From assembly GCA_050309605.1 (NCBI GenBank), contig JBNRMN010000068.1, forward strand, positions 1 to 64,000: a DNA stretch of 64,000 bases, in the 5' to 3' direction. Positions 19,040-29,426 of this stretch are shown here, in pieces (position 1 is the stretch's first letter; each line of letters opens with the position of its first letter). This stretch comes from Anaerohalosphaeraceae bacterium (GTDB lineage Bacteria > Planctomycetota > Phycisphaerae > Sedimentisphaerales > Anaerohalosphaeraceae). Below the pieces are notes generated by a model. It had not been told where the DNA came from. It saw only the letters and a list, made by a program, of their open reading frames with translations, and did no database searches. A program made the translations under genes and the position numbers.

Positions 19040-20479
19040 TTAGCTGCCTACGCGTGGAGGCATATCCTGAGTCTGTTCGATTTGTGTGCGAATAGAGACC
19101 AGATCAAAATAGCGTTTGGCGATCAGAACCCCCAGCGGCAGCAGACAAATCAGATTAAAAAAGATCGGCATCAGTAAAACAGGGGCGCTGTAATGCGAAT
19201 CGAAGACATTGACGATCCCCAAAGGGCTAAACAGATACATCATTTCGTTCTCAAAAATCCCGCCCAGGATAAACGGCAACACCAGATATAAGACCGCGAG
19301 GAAGCCGAGCAGATAGCCGATTTTTTCATTTTTCGGCTGCCAGACGGCGGAGGTTTCTACCAGCGCCCAAATCACCAGCAGGGCACTGAAGGAGATCATT
19401 GCCAGCCACAGCAGCTCTGCGGCATCGGCCTGAGCCGTTACGCCGGCGGCAATCGCAAACGCCAGCCAGATGACAAACAGCATCAACCCGCCGGTGAGAT
19501 TGGAATGGATCAGCAGCCGACCGAACAGACCTTCAACCCGATGAGCGGTACGGCTGGTTTCGAGGTACCGATCAAAACCGCGTATTGCAAACAGCGGTAC
19601 AATCGCTGCGGGCAGCAGCCCCAGCATCCAAAATACGCGCGCCGGGTCCGGATCATTTGCCTCCAGCAGATAGACGTAAAACAATCCGCCAAGCATCACC
19701 AGATATGTCAGCATAAACAGGCCCGACCCTGTCCGGCTGAACAATGCCTCATATTCATACGTAAATCGCCGAAGTACACCGATGTAGGCCCAAAATGCAA
19801 CGAACAGCGCACAAAACGCGATCAAATAAAGCACCGGTATCTCTAATGTGTAAAAATAAGCAGTGGTCGTTTCGAGTTTTTGCGTGCCGATGGAATCAAT
19901 CAGCCCTCCCATCACCGGTCCGAATGCAAACATCCCAATCACCAGCAGCACGGGAATACTTGTATTTTTGGTTTTCTTGTAGTTCAGAATCGAAAACATC
20001 AGCGCCAGCAGATTCAGCGCCAGCGTCAAGGCTGCCAGAGTCGTCAGCATCTGTACGATGAACTGTCCGGACAGTTTACCGCCGAACGCAAACAACAGGC
20101 AGAACGCCAAATTCACCCCCGCCACCAGCAGACAGAACAGATTGCGGCCGATGAGTATGCCGACGGCTTTTTTGGCCGCGCTTAAGGGCAGCATTCGAAA
20201 AAAGTCAAACGATTTATCCGCAATCTCCCGCGCGACCACTGTCGAACAGTTGGCCGGACACAGCAGCCACAGCAAAAAAATCTCCAGAATCGCAAACTGA
20301 ACAAACAGCCCTTTATATAAATGTGTCACCTCCAGATAGGTCTGGCCGTAACGGTAGATGGAGCTGTTGATAAAAAGCACCAGCAGCACAACAGCCGCAT
20401 AGACCCCGCCGAACACCCAGGCTTGTTGGGGGCGAAGCTGGCTGAAACGATAACGACGAATAATCGGATTGGCAATCAT
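19040..20479 (-). CDS. Multi-pass membrane protein, probable ABC-2-type permease
   Basis: N-terminal NPIIRR, ..RE....SFDF.RM.PLS motif, about 12 TM segments; directly follows an ABC ATPase. Confidence 0.75.
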   Translation of the reverse strand: MIANPIIRRYRFSQLRPQQAWVFGGVYAAVVLLVLFINSSIYRYGQTYLEVTHLYKGLFVQFAILEIFLLWLLCPANCSTVVAREIADKSFDFFRMLPLSAAKKAVGILIGRNLFCLLVAGVNLAFCLLFAFGGKLSGQFIVQMLTTLAALTLALNLLALMFSILNYKKTKNTSIPVLLVIGMFAFGPVMGGLIDSIGTQKLETTTAYFYTLEIPVLYLIAFCALFVAFWAYIGVLRRFTYEYEALFSRTGSGLFMLTYLVMLGGLFYVYLLEANDPDPARVFWMLGLLPAAIVPLFAIRGFDRYLETSRTAHRVEGLFGRLLIHSNLTGGLMLFVIWLAFAIAAGVTAQADAAELLWLAMISFSALLVIWALVETSAVWQPKNEKIGYLLGFLAVLYLVLPFILGGIFENEMMYLFSPLGIVNVFDSHYSAPVLLMPIFFNLICLLPLGVLIAKRYFDLVSIRTQIEQTQDMPPRVGS

Positions 20480-20491
20480 GGCAACCTCCCG

Positions 20492-21433
20492 TTAGCTGAT
20501 GTGCATATTCTTTTCGACCGACAGTGTCATAAACAGATCTTCCAGGCTGGTTTTCTGCCGTGCCAGTTCCACCACCGGGATGTCCGCGGCGACCAGCCGT
20601 CGGTTGATCTGGGCCACTGCTTCCGGTCCGCCGGGGCAGATCAGCGTAAACGTGCCCTCGCCGGCGGTTTTAATCTCGATGCCTTCAATCTCGCGCAACA
20701 CCGCCTCGGCCTGTGCTGCCTCGCCGAGAACCTTGACCATGACGGCCTGCTGACCGGCGATTTGCTGTTCGATGTCTTCGACGCTGCCGTACATCACCAG
20801 TTGTCCGCGATTCATAATCGCCAGGTGGCTGCAGAATCCCGCCAATTCAGACAAAATGTGCGATGAAATGATGATGGTCTTGCCCTCACGCGCCAGCCGA
20901 CGCAGGATATCGCGAAGCTGAATCCGGGCCATGGGGTCCAGCCCCGAAGCCGGCTCGTCAAGCAAAAACACCGTCGGCTCCCGGACCAGCAGCGTTGCCA
21001 GTCCCAGCCGCTGCACCATGCCCCGCGACAAATGGCGAATCAGACTGTGTTTTTTGCCGTCCAGCGAAACCGTCTTGAGAGCCGCATCGACCCGACCGGC
21101 GACCTCCGAGGAGGGGATATGATACGCTCGTGCGAAGAAGTCCAGACACTCCCGCAGTGTCAAATCCGGATACAGGTTGAAAAAGTCGGGCAGATAGCCG
21201 ATGCTTCGACGAATCAGCAGCGGTTTTTTACGCAGGTCGGCACCGCAAATCGCAGCCGTACCGTCGGTTGGCGGCAGCAGGGTCGCCAGCATACGAAGCA
21301 GAGTTGTCTTGCCTGCCCCGTTTGGGCCGATCAGCCCGACCACCTGCCCCGAATCGGCTTCAAACGAAACGTCATCGACCGCCACCAGAGAGGAAAACTC
21401 CTTCCGCAGAGCGTTCAGTTGCAGAATACCCAT
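20492..21433 (-). CDS. ABC transporter ATP-binding protein
   Basis: GPNGAGKTT, LSRGM, LLDEPASGLD, SSH; start at MGILQ (21433) with SD. Confidence 0.95.
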   Translation of the reverse strand: MGILQLNALRKEFSSLVAVDDVSFEADSGQVVGLIGPNGAGKTTLLRMLATLLPPTDGTAAICGADLRKKPLLIRRSIGYLPDFFNLYPDLTLRECLDFFARAYHIPSSEVAGRVDAALKTVSLDGKKHSLIRHLSRGMVQRLGLATLLVREPTVFLLDEPASGLDPMARIQLRDILRRLAREGKTIIISSHILSELAGFCSHLAIMNRGQLVMYGSVEDIEQQIAGQQAVMVKVLGEAAQAEAVLREIEGIEIKTAGEGTFTLICPGGPEAVAQINRRLVAADIPVVELARQKTSLEDLFMTLSVEKNMHIS

Positions 21434-21793
21434 CGTCTGTCCCTTCCGAAATAAAGACATATCCCGCCGTCGGCCATCGCCTGGCGACCGATCAATACCG
21501 TTAAAGTTATATAATCTGTCAGTTTCCGTCAAATTAATTTTCTTACAAATTTCAGCCTGAACAATCCGTTTGGATCTCAGCGTATTTGTTATCAATGGTT
21601 GCAGTTATGGAAGCAGCGCCAATACGCTTTGTTTGAATCCCCGGCCAAGTCAGGTCAACAACCCATTTATTCGATATGATGCCGTGAACACGCAAGTTAC
21701 AGGACCAGGCAGGTCTTTTGTTTCTTGTTGTTGACTTTCGGATAATCACGGGGTAAACTCATCGTTTTCTCTAAATTGACAAGGAAGATTGGG

Positions 21794-23434
21794 ATGATAG
21801 TAACGCGGTTTGCACCTTCTCCGACCGGTTATCTGCACATCGGCGGGGCGCGCACAGCATTGTTTAACTGGCTGCTGGCCCGGCGGATGGGCGGCCGATT
21901 TCTGCTGCGCATCGAAGATACCGATCTGAAACGCAACACGCCGACGGCTGCACAGCGGGTTCTGGATGATTTGCGGTGGCTGGGGATAGACTGGGATGAA
22001 GGCCCGGATATTGGCGGCCCGAACGGCCCGTACCTGCAATCCGAGCGGCGGGAGATATACGATACGTATATTCGCCGACTGCTCGATGCCGGCAAGGCGT
22101 ATTATTGTTTCGATACGCCCGAAGAATTGCTTGCGATGCGGGAAAAAGCCCAGGCCGACAAAACCTGCAACCTGTATCCGCGGCCGGAGCGGTTTCCGGA
22201 TGAATCGGACGCAGCCAGGGCACGAGCCGAGGGCCGGCCGGTTACCGTGCGGTTTGCGGTGGAGGCTGATGAGCCGATTGTGGTCGAAGATATTGTGCGG
22301 GGGGCGGTGACCTTCGACCCGGCCGAGATGAGCGATTTTGTGATTCAGAAAAGCGACGGCTTTCCGACCTATCATTTTGCCGTGGTGGTCGATGATGAAT
22401 TGATGGGCGTAACCCACGTCATCCGCGGCCAGGAACACCTGATGAACACGCCCGCACACCAGCTTCTACAAAAGGCGCTGGGGTTTCGCACGCCGCAGTA
22501 TGCCCATATGTCGGTTACAGTCAGCGAGTCCGGCGGCAAACTGAGCAAACGCGAACGTCCTCGGGCGCTTCGTCAAGCCATTGAAGCAATGGAGCAAAAG
22601 GCCGCCCCGATTGACAGGGACACGCTGGCTGAGGCCGCCGGGATCAGTCGCGATGAACTGGATGCCTTTCTGGCGGGTCAGGCGATGCCGGATATGCCCG
22701 CGATTGACGCGATGGCGGATTGGCTGGGCGTGCATCTGCCGGAAATCAATGTCGTGGACTTTTTTCGCAGCGGCTATCTGCCCGAAGCGATGGTCAACTT
22801 TTTGGCGCTGCTGGGTTGGAATCCGGGCGACGGCAGAGAGATGATGGATCGCGATGAGCTGATTGCGGCCTTTGACCTGTCGCGCGTCAGCAAAAGCAAC
22901 AGCCTGTTCGATCGCGGCAAGCTGCTGGCGTTCAACACCGAACATTTCAAGCGCGTTCCGATGCCGACGCTGGTACGTCATTTTCGTGCTTTTCTGCAAG
23001 AGATTCATTCTCCGGTCGCCGCTGCCGAAGACGCGATGCTCGAACGCATATTGAAAATGAACGAGGGCGCCCGCACACTTGAACAAGTTGAGCAAAAAAC
23101 ACGATTTGCCTATATTGCCGACGAGGCGTATGACTACGATCCGACGGCGGTTCGAAAAGTCCTGCTCAAACACGACGGTCTGGCGATTTTGGCGGAGGTC
23201 GGCCGGCGTCTGGCGGCCCTGACGGACGTGACGCCGCAGGCCGTTGAGCAGCTCCTGCGCCAGTTGGCCGAAGAACGACAGCTCGGTCTGGGCAAGGTGG
23301 CCCAGCCGCTGCGCGTTGCCATCACCGGGACGACGATCAGTCCGCCGATCTTTGACGCCGTCGAAATGCTCGGCCTGCCGCGGACGCTGACACGTATAGA
23401 ACGCACACTGAAACAATTTGAACACGCATCATAA
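21794..23434 (+). CDS. gltX: Glutamate--tRNA ligase carrying an inserted HTH-like domain
   Basis: RFAPSPTGYLHIGGAR, LRIEDTD, PTYHFAVVVDD, THVIRG, KLSKR, GYLPEA..NFLALLGW, PLRVA.TG. Confidence 0.96.
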   Translation: MIVTRFAPSPTGYLHIGGARTALFNWLLARRMGGRFLLRIEDTDLKRNTPTAAQRVLDDLRWLGIDWDEGPDIGGPNGPYLQSERREIYDTYIRRLLDAGKAYYCFDTPEELLAMREKAQADKTCNLYPRPERFPDESDAARARAEGRPVTVRFAVEADEPIVVEDIVRGAVTFDPAEMSDFVIQKSDGFPTYHFAVVVDDELMGVTHVIRGQEHLMNTPAHQLLQKALGFRTPQYAHMSVTVSESGGKLSKRERPRALRQAIEAMEQKAAPIDRDTLAEAAGISRDELDAFLAGQAMPDMPAIDAMADWLGVHLPEINVVDFFRSGYLPEAMVNFLALLGWNPGDGREMMDRDELIAAFDLSRVSKSNSLFDRGKLLAFNTEHFKRVPMPTLVRHFRAFLQEIHSPVAAAEDAMLERILKMNEGARTLEQVEQKTRFAYIADEAYDYDPTAVRKVLLKHDGLAILAEVGRRLAALTDVTPQAVEQLLRQLAEERQLGLGKVAQPLRVAITGTTISPPIFDAVEMLGLPRTLTRIERTLKQFEHAS

Positions 23435-23449
23435 AGGAGACCTGCAGGG

Positions 23450-24355
23450 ATGTCATTACTGGTTACCGGTTCGATAGGAATTGATACCATTCGCACGCCG
23501 TATGGACACAACAAGGATTGCCTGGGCGGCTCGGCGGTGCATTTTTCGATGGGCGCCGGGATGTTTGCACACGTCAAGTTTCTCGGCGTGATGGGCGAAG
23601 ATTGCCCGTTTAACCTTCAAGATATCTTTGCCGGTCGCGACGTGGACTTCGAAGGCCTTGAGCTGCGCAAAGGCAGCAAGACCTTTCGCTGGAGCGGTTC
23701 GTATGAAGGCGATATGAACGAAGCCCAAACCGACGCGGTGGAGCTGAATGTACTGGCCGAAACCCCGCCGCCGATACCGGACAGCTACCGCGATTGCGAG
23801 TTTGTTTTTTTGGCCAATACCGCTCCCGAATTGCAGATGAAGCTGCTTGACCAGCTCGGCTCGCCGACCTTTGTCGCCGCCGATACGATGAATCACTGGA
23901 TCGTGACGAAAAAGGACGATTTGCTTGACCTGCTTGATCGAATTGATATGCTGATCGTCAACGAAGGGGAGGCTCGATTGCTGACCGGTCAGCGAAATCT
24001 GATCACCGCGGCCGAAAAGATACTCGATTTAGGGCCGCGTTTCGTGATTATCAAAAAGGGTGAATACGGCGCGATGCTGCACGACGCCAACGGCGATACT
24101 TTTTTGCTGCCGGCCTATCCGACGCCGATTGTGATTGACCCGACCGGTGCAGGCGATTCGTTCGCCGGCGGCCTGATGGGGTATCTGGCTCAGTCCGGAA
24201 ATGTGGATTTGACGACGCTGCGGAACGCCATGGTCTATGGGACGGTGGTGGCGTCGTTTACCATCGGCGATTTTTCCATTCACGGGATTCGCTCGGCGAC
24301 GCGCGAGATGATTGAGGCACGTTTCGACCGGATGCGGCAGGTCACGCAGTTTTAA
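23450..24355 (+). CDS. PfkB-family carbohydrate/nucleoside kinase
   Basis: GGSA, DTMN.WI, N..EA, KKGE.GA, DPTGAGDSFAGG. Confidence 0.92.
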   Translation: MSLLVTGSIGIDTIRTPYGHNKDCLGGSAVHFSMGAGMFAHVKFLGVMGEDCPFNLQDIFAGRDVDFEGLELRKGSKTFRWSGSYEGDMNEAQTDAVELNVLAETPPPIPDSYRDCEFVFLANTAPELQMKLLDQLGSPTFVAADTMNHWIVTKKDDLLDLLDRIDMLIVNEGEARLLTGQRNLITAAEKILDLGPRFVIIKKGEYGAMLHDANGDTFLLPAYPTPIVIDPTGAGDSFAGGLMGYLAQSGNVDLTTLRNAMVYGTVVASFTIGDFSIHGIRSATREMIEARFDRMRQVTQF

Positions 24356-24382
24356 TCTTTCAGGTTAAGGTGTGGGTTTGTT

Positions 24383-24946
24383 ATGATGCGATTATTTGTG
24401 GCGCTGGATATGGATGCGGCGGTGCTGGAACGTTTGGGCGCCGTCCAGAAATCGCTGCGCCAACAAACCGGACTGAGCGGACGCGAAGTCAAATGGGTGC
24501 GTCCCGAACAGATGCATCTGACGCTGAAGTTTCTCGGGCCTGTTGAGGACAACGATGTAACGCGGGTGTGTGCAATGGTTCAGCAGACAGCCAATCGCCA
24601 TGAGGCGTTTGAGCTGTCCTGTCGGGGCGTCGGCGTCTTCGGTCGCCCGGCACGGGTGGTGTGGGCCGCCGCCGAGGGCGGGCAGACACTGACCGCGATG
24701 CAGCGGGAACTGGACGCGCGTTTTACGCAGGCCGGTTGGGCGGCGGAAAATCGAGCGTTTACCGCGCATTTGACGCTGTGCCGGGTCAAATCCGCCGCCG
24801 CAGGACGCACATTGGCCGAGGCCATTGTTCCGTTTGAGCAGGACGTGTTCGGCAGCGTCTGGGTCGATTCGATCGCGGTTTATGAAAGCCGTCTCAGCGC
24901 CGCCGGCCCGACGTATCATGTCGTGAGCCGCTCGCCGCTGCGATAA
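24383..24946 (+). CDS. thpR: RNA 2',3'-cyclic phosphodiesterase (2H family)
   Basis: MRLFVAL, two HLTL motifs, RVVWA, YES.L...GP.Y. Confidence 0.92.
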   Translation: MMRLFVALDMDAAVLERLGAVQKSLRQQTGLSGREVKWVRPEQMHLTLKFLGPVEDNDVTRVCAMVQQTANRHEAFELSCRGVGVFGRPARVVWAAAEGGQTLTAMQRELDARFTQAGWAAENRAFTAHLTLCRVKSAAAGRTLAEAIVPFEQDVFGSVWVDSIAVYESRLSAAGPTYHVVSRSPLR

Positions 24947-25041
24947 GAAACAGGACTTTTTTGATGAGGGTTAATCGGCGGGTATAAACGTCTATATAGG
25001 AAATCGAAGAGAATCACTCCATTTTGTTTTGAGAAATAATT

Positions 25042-26850
25042 ATGCTGAAACGAACAGAGTATTGCGGACGACTTCGTACAGAGCACATCGGCCAAACCGT
25101 AATCGTCAACGGCTGGGTCAATTCCTATCGGGATCACGGCAATTTGGTGTTTATTGATTTGCGGGATCGCGAAGGTCTGGTGCAATTGGTCTTTGACCCC
25201 GAATTGCATCCGGACGCCCATAAGCTGGCTCGTACCGTGCGCTGTGAATGGGTGCTCGGCGCTCGCGGCACGGTGCGTCCGCGCGGCGACGGACTGGAAA
25301 ACCCCCGCCTGCCTACCGGCAAGATTGAGGTGGTTGTGCAGGAACTGGAGGTGTTCAATCAGGCCAAGACGCCGCCGTTCGAGATTGATACCGCCGCTCA
25401 GGTCAATGAGGAATTGCGGCTTCAGTACCGTTATATCGATCTGCGTCGGCCGAGTATGCTCAGTCGGCTTGCCGTGCGCCACCGCGTGACCAAGCTGACG
25501 CGGGATTTCTTCGACGCCCAGGGCTTTTGGGAGATTGAAACACCCATGCTCGGCAAGAGTACGCCCGAAGGGGCACGCGATTACCTGGTGCCCAGTCGGT
25601 TGTACAAGGGCTGCTTTTATGCGTTGCCTCAGTCGCCGCAATTGTTCAAGCAGATTCTGATGGTTGCCAATACGGATCGGTATTTTCAGATTGTTCGGTG
25701 TTTTCGCGACGAGGATCCGCGGGCGGACCGTCAGGCCGAATTCACACAGATTGATGTGGAAATGAGTTTTGTTCAGGCCGAGGATGTGATGCGCACCAAT
25801 GAGGCACTGGTCGCCCGGATTTTCAAAGAGATTCTGGGGGTGGAGGTGTCGCTGCCGATTCGCCAGATGACCTATCAGCAGGCGATGGACGACTACGGGA
25901 TTGATCGTCCGGATTTGCGGTTCGAGATGAAACTGAAAGACCTGTCCGATATTGCGGCTGCATGTCAGTTTCAGGTGTTTACCTCGGCGGTTTCCAGAGG
26001 GGGCATTGTCAAGGGACTTTGCGCTCCCGGCGGCGAAACGTATTCCCGCAGCGATATTGAAAAAACGCTCACCCAATTTGTCGGTGATTTTGGTGCAAAG
26101 GGTCTGGCCTGGTTCAAAGTCGCGTCGAACGAATCCGGATCGGGGCTGGAACTGAAAAGCAGCATTGCCAAATTTTTCACGGACGCCCAGCAGCAGGAGA
26201 TCATTCGCCGTTTCGGTGCGTCCGCGGGCGACCTGATCTTGATGGTGGCCGACAGCGCCGAGGTGGTCAATAAATCGCTGGCGCCGCTGCGCGTCCGGCT
26301 GGGCAAAGAGCTAAGATTGTGCCGGCCGGATCAGTTTGAATTTGTCTGGGTGGTGGATTTTCCGCTGTTCGAATGGAACGCGGATGAAAAACGCTATGAC
26401 TCGCTGCATCACCCGTTTACCTCCCCGGTGCCGGAGGATTTGCCCAAACTGGAAAGCGATCCGGCCCATATCCGTTCGCAGGCGTATGATCTGGTCGTCA
26501 ACGGCTCGGAAATCGGCGGCGGCTCGGTACGTATTCATGACCCGAAGGTACAGGCGAAGGTCTTTGATCTGCTCAACATCTCGCGCAAGCAGGCTGAGGA
26601 GCGTTTCGGCTTTTTCCTCAAGGCTCTTGAATACGGTGCACCGCCGCACGGCGGAATTGCTTTCGGGCTGGATCGGCTCGTGATGCTGCTGACGCAAACC
26701 GACAACATTCGCGACGTAATCGCGTTTCCCAAAACGCAGCGGGGCCAGTGTCTGCTGACCGATGCGCCGTCCGATGTCGATCAAAAACAGCTTGATGAAT
26801 TGAATCTTCGCGTCCAAAAACATCTGCGTCAACTGGAACAAGAATCCTGA
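25042..26850 (+). CDS. aspS: Aspartate--tRNA ligase
   Basis: RDHG...FIDLRD, STPEGARDYLVPSR, PQSPQLFKQ, FRDED.RADRQ.EFTQ, HHPFT, GAPPHGG. Confidence 0.98.
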   Translation: MLKRTEYCGRLRTEHIGQTVIVNGWVNSYRDHGNLVFIDLRDREGLVQLVFDPELHPDAHKLARTVRCEWVLGARGTVRPRGDGLENPRLPTGKIEVVVQELEVFNQAKTPPFEIDTAAQVNEELRLQYRYIDLRRPSMLSRLAVRHRVTKLTRDFFDAQGFWEIETPMLGKSTPEGARDYLVPSRLYKGCFYALPQSPQLFKQILMVANTDRYFQIVRCFRDEDPRADRQAEFTQIDVEMSFVQAEDVMRTNEALVARIFKEILGVEVSLPIRQMTYQQAMDDYGIDRPDLRFEMKLKDLSDIAAACQFQVFTSAVSRGGIVKGLCAPGGETYSRSDIEKTLTQFVGDFGAKGLAWFKVASNESGSGLELKSSIAKFFTDAQQQEIIRRFGASAGDLILMVADSAEVVNKSLAPLRVRLGKELRLCRPDQFEFVWVVDFPLFEWNADEKRYDSLHHPFTSPVPEDLPKLESDPAHIRSQAYDLVVNGSEIGGGSVRIHDPKVQAKVFDLLNISRKQAEERFGFFLKALEYGAPPHGGIAFGLDRLVMLLTQTDNIRDVIAFPKTQRGQCLLTDAPSDVDQKQLDELNLRVQKHLRQLEQES

Positions 26851-26881
26851 ATTCGGTTTTTGTGCCGTCTTGAGGGGCATT

Positions 26882-28555
26882 ATGTTAAGACGCTATCAGC
26901 GATGGATCAAACCGGTTCTTGCACGGATTCAGCGCAAGCCGCTTTCGCTGGCGGAGAAATGCCGTCTGCAATTCGGCGCGGCGGTGCTGTTCAGTCTGGT
27001 GCTGGCGCTGCTGATTCCGTATCTCTGGATGGGTAAACTGACGGAAAAAGCGGCGCTGGATGCCGGACGCGCCGTGGCCGAGACGGTCTATGAGCGGCAC
27101 TTCAAACTGGAACCGCTGTCTGCGAGTGAATTGCCCCGGTTGGCCGATAATGGGCAGATCCGCGAGGATAATGACCGTATTATCGTATGGCATCGTACCG
27201 GCACAAGCCCGGACGATATGGAGCACGTCTTGACCGACTCCCAGAAAGAAAAAATCGAATGGCTGCGTTCGGGGTCGCGCGGCGGCGAAATCGGCTGGAT
27301 TGAACGCCTTCCAAACCGTTCCTCTCAAAATGCCTACGTGCGCGTCGTGCAGGCCGATGAAAATTGCCTGCGCTGTCATTATCCGCAGGGCACGGCGCCG
27401 GCCTTCAATCTCAATCAGGAAATCGGCGTTCTGGCGGTACGCACGCCGACTCATGAGCTGGAACGAACGTTGTTTTTGAATCGTTTATGGGTGGTGGTGG
27501 CCGGTTTGCTGGCCGGCATCGGAGCGATGGTGGCGTTCTATACGATTACACAGCGGGTCATTCTGCGTCCCATTCGCCAGCTTCGGGCCTTGGTCAACAA
27601 TGTGGCTGAGGGCAATTATGATATTCGCAGTTCCATTCGCACCGGTGACGAATATGAAAAGCTCTCGGCGGCCTTTAATCATATGCTGGACAATCTGATG
27701 GAATCGCAGCATAAGCTGGAACGTGCCAATCAGCAGTTGGATCACAAAATCGTACAGCTTTCGCAAAAGAACATTGAACTCTACCAGGCCAACAAGCTCA
27801 AGAGCGAATTTCTGGCCAATATGTCCCACGAATTCCGCACGCCGCTGAACGCCATTCTTGGATTTGCCGAGCTGCTGCGGGAAAAGCCCGACGCAGAGAC
27901 CGAAAAGACACGCCGCTGGGCCGAAAATATCATTTCCAGCGGACGGTCGCTGCTGAATATGATCAACGATTTGCTCGACTTGGCCAAGGCCGAGGCGGGC
28001 AAAATGGAATTGCGGGTCGAAAAGACCAGCGTCCAGCAATTGCTCGAGGGACTCGCGGCCTTCTTCTCGCCCCTGACCGAGCAGAAACGGATCAAGGTCC
28101 GGCTGCAAATGGCCGACTCTATTCCACTGATTCAGACGGACGCGGGAAAGCTGCAGCAGATTCTCTACAATCTGCTCAGCAACGCCATCAAATTTACCCC
28201 GGAAAACGGCCGTATCGTTATACAAGCGTATAAGCTGGACGATGTCACCGTGCGGATTTCGGTTTCGGACACCGGGCCGGGAATTTCCGAAGAAGACCAG
28301 ACGAAAATTTTTGAAAAATTCCGTCAACTGGACGGCTCATTGACCCGCAAAGAGCCGGGAACAGGGCTGGGACTGGCGATCTGCAGGCAGCTTTCTGAAT
28401 TATTGGCCGCGACCATCGGTGTGGAAAGCACATTAGGCGAAGGTTCGACCTTTTATCTGGATTTGCCGGTCAATCTAAGCCGGGCGTCTGAGGCGGCTGA
28501 GCAACCCACAATTCCGGACAGATTTCCGAGTAATGGCGACAATACACCCCGATGA
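26882..28555 (+). CDS. Membrane sensor histidine kinase (periplasmic CxxCH domain, HAMP, HisKA, HATPase)
   Basis: Two TM segments, CLRCH, SHEFRTPLN, NLLSNAIKF, DTGPG, GTGLGL. Confidence 0.93.
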   Translation: MLRRYQRWIKPVLARIQRKPLSLAEKCRLQFGAAVLFSLVLALLIPYLWMGKLTEKAALDAGRAVAETVYERHFKLEPLSASELPRLADNGQIREDNDRIIVWHRTGTSPDDMEHVLTDSQKEKIEWLRSGSRGGEIGWIERLPNRSSQNAYVRVVQADENCLRCHYPQGTAPAFNLNQEIGVLAVRTPTHELERTLFLNRLWVVVAGLLAGIGAMVAFYTITQRVILRPIRQLRALVNNVAEGNYDIRSSIRTGDEYEKLSAAFNHMLDNLMESQHKLERANQQLDHKIVQLSQKNIELYQANKLKSEFLANMSHEFRTPLNAILGFAELLREKPDAETEKTRRWAENIISSGRSLLNMINDLLDLAKAEAGKMELRVEKTSVQQLLEGLAAFFSPLTEQKRIKVRLQMADSIPLIQTDAGKLQQILYNLLSNAIKFTPENGRIVIQAYKLDDVTVRISVSDTGPGISEEDQTKIFEKFRQLDGSLTRKEPGTGLGLAICRQLSELLAATIGVESTLGEGSTFYLDLPVNLSRASEAAEQPTIPDRFPSNGDNTPR

Positions 28556-29426
28556 TGCGCATCGCGAACAGAAAAAACGCCGCGCCCGCAAGCCGCAGAA
28601 CAAGCAATCCCAGTGCGGCGGCCGTTCCGGCGTCGCCTTGGGACACAAACAGTCCCATGCTCAAAAAGACCACTCCAAAAGCAGCCAGTGCCATCAACGT
28701 CGTAAATACATACGGCCGACATGTCTTGACGATTGCCCGAATCAGCAGATCGTAGCGAAAGATACGCCACCACGGCACTTCCAGCGCAATGATCGCCAGG
28801 TTCATCGGCCACAGCAGCAAACATAACAGAACGAGGACGTAATAGAGCCATCCCAGGCCGATCCCGAAAAATTCAAACCACGCGCTGATCAACGACGCCG
28901 GCAGCAGGGCCGCAAGCAGCGCAACTAAAAACAAATAGCAGGATTTGATCACGTTCCAAAGAAACTCAAACCCTGCGCCGAGTTCCACCGCCGGCAGCGA
29001 TTCGCCGTCCATTCGTGCATCAAGAAGGGTTTCCATACTGTACCATGCAAAGCAACCAAAGGTGATGAGGGTAACCGCCCAGCCGATCAGCAGCGGCGGA
29101 CGAAATCCCGGCAGTGTAAACGACAGATCTTTATCGCCCAGCAGAAAGTGAAACACGACCAGGGCTGCGCAGAAAATCAAACCCACACGACTTTCCCGAT
29201 GCACAAATGCCTTGAATGATCCTTTCAGGGCGTTGCCGTAAAAGCCGGGCCGGGCTTTTGCCGTCTGAGGCTTGAGCGGGCGGGCCGGACGGCCGCTTTC
29301 GGATGGAATGACAAAGCGGGTATGACAATTCAGACAGCGAGCAACGCGCCCGGCGAATCGGCTCTTGAACCCGCATATCCGCCCGCAATGCGGGCAATCA
29401 CATTGAATCGTCGTCTCTTCGCTCAT
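28470..29426 (-). CDS. Zinc-ribbon membrane protein (paralog 2)
   Basis: CPHCG...GR.ARC..C...F.IP followed by about 6 TM segments; ATGA overlap with the upstream paralog. Confidence 0.75.
   Translation of the reverse strand: MSEETTIQCDCPHCGRICGFKSRFAGRVARCLNCHTRFVIPSESGRPARPLKPQTAKARPGFYGNALKGSFKAFVHRESRVGLIFCAALVVFHFLLGDKDLSFTLPGFRPPLLIGWAVTLITFGCFAWYSMETLLDARMDGESLPAVELGAGFEFLWNVIKSCYLFLVALLAALLPASLISAWFEFFGIGLGWLYYVLVLLCLLLWPMNLAIIALEVPWWRIFRYDLLIRAIVKTCRPYVFTTLMALAAFGVVFLSMGLFVSQGDAGTAAALGLLVLRLAGAAFFLFAMRIIGVYCRHYSEICPELWVAQPPQTPGLD

Noticed and set aside
18870..21433. tRNA-Pro as the integration site of a genomic island
   Set aside because: No integrase was seen, no duplicated tRNA 3' end was noticed, and the downstream ABC genes look like host composition
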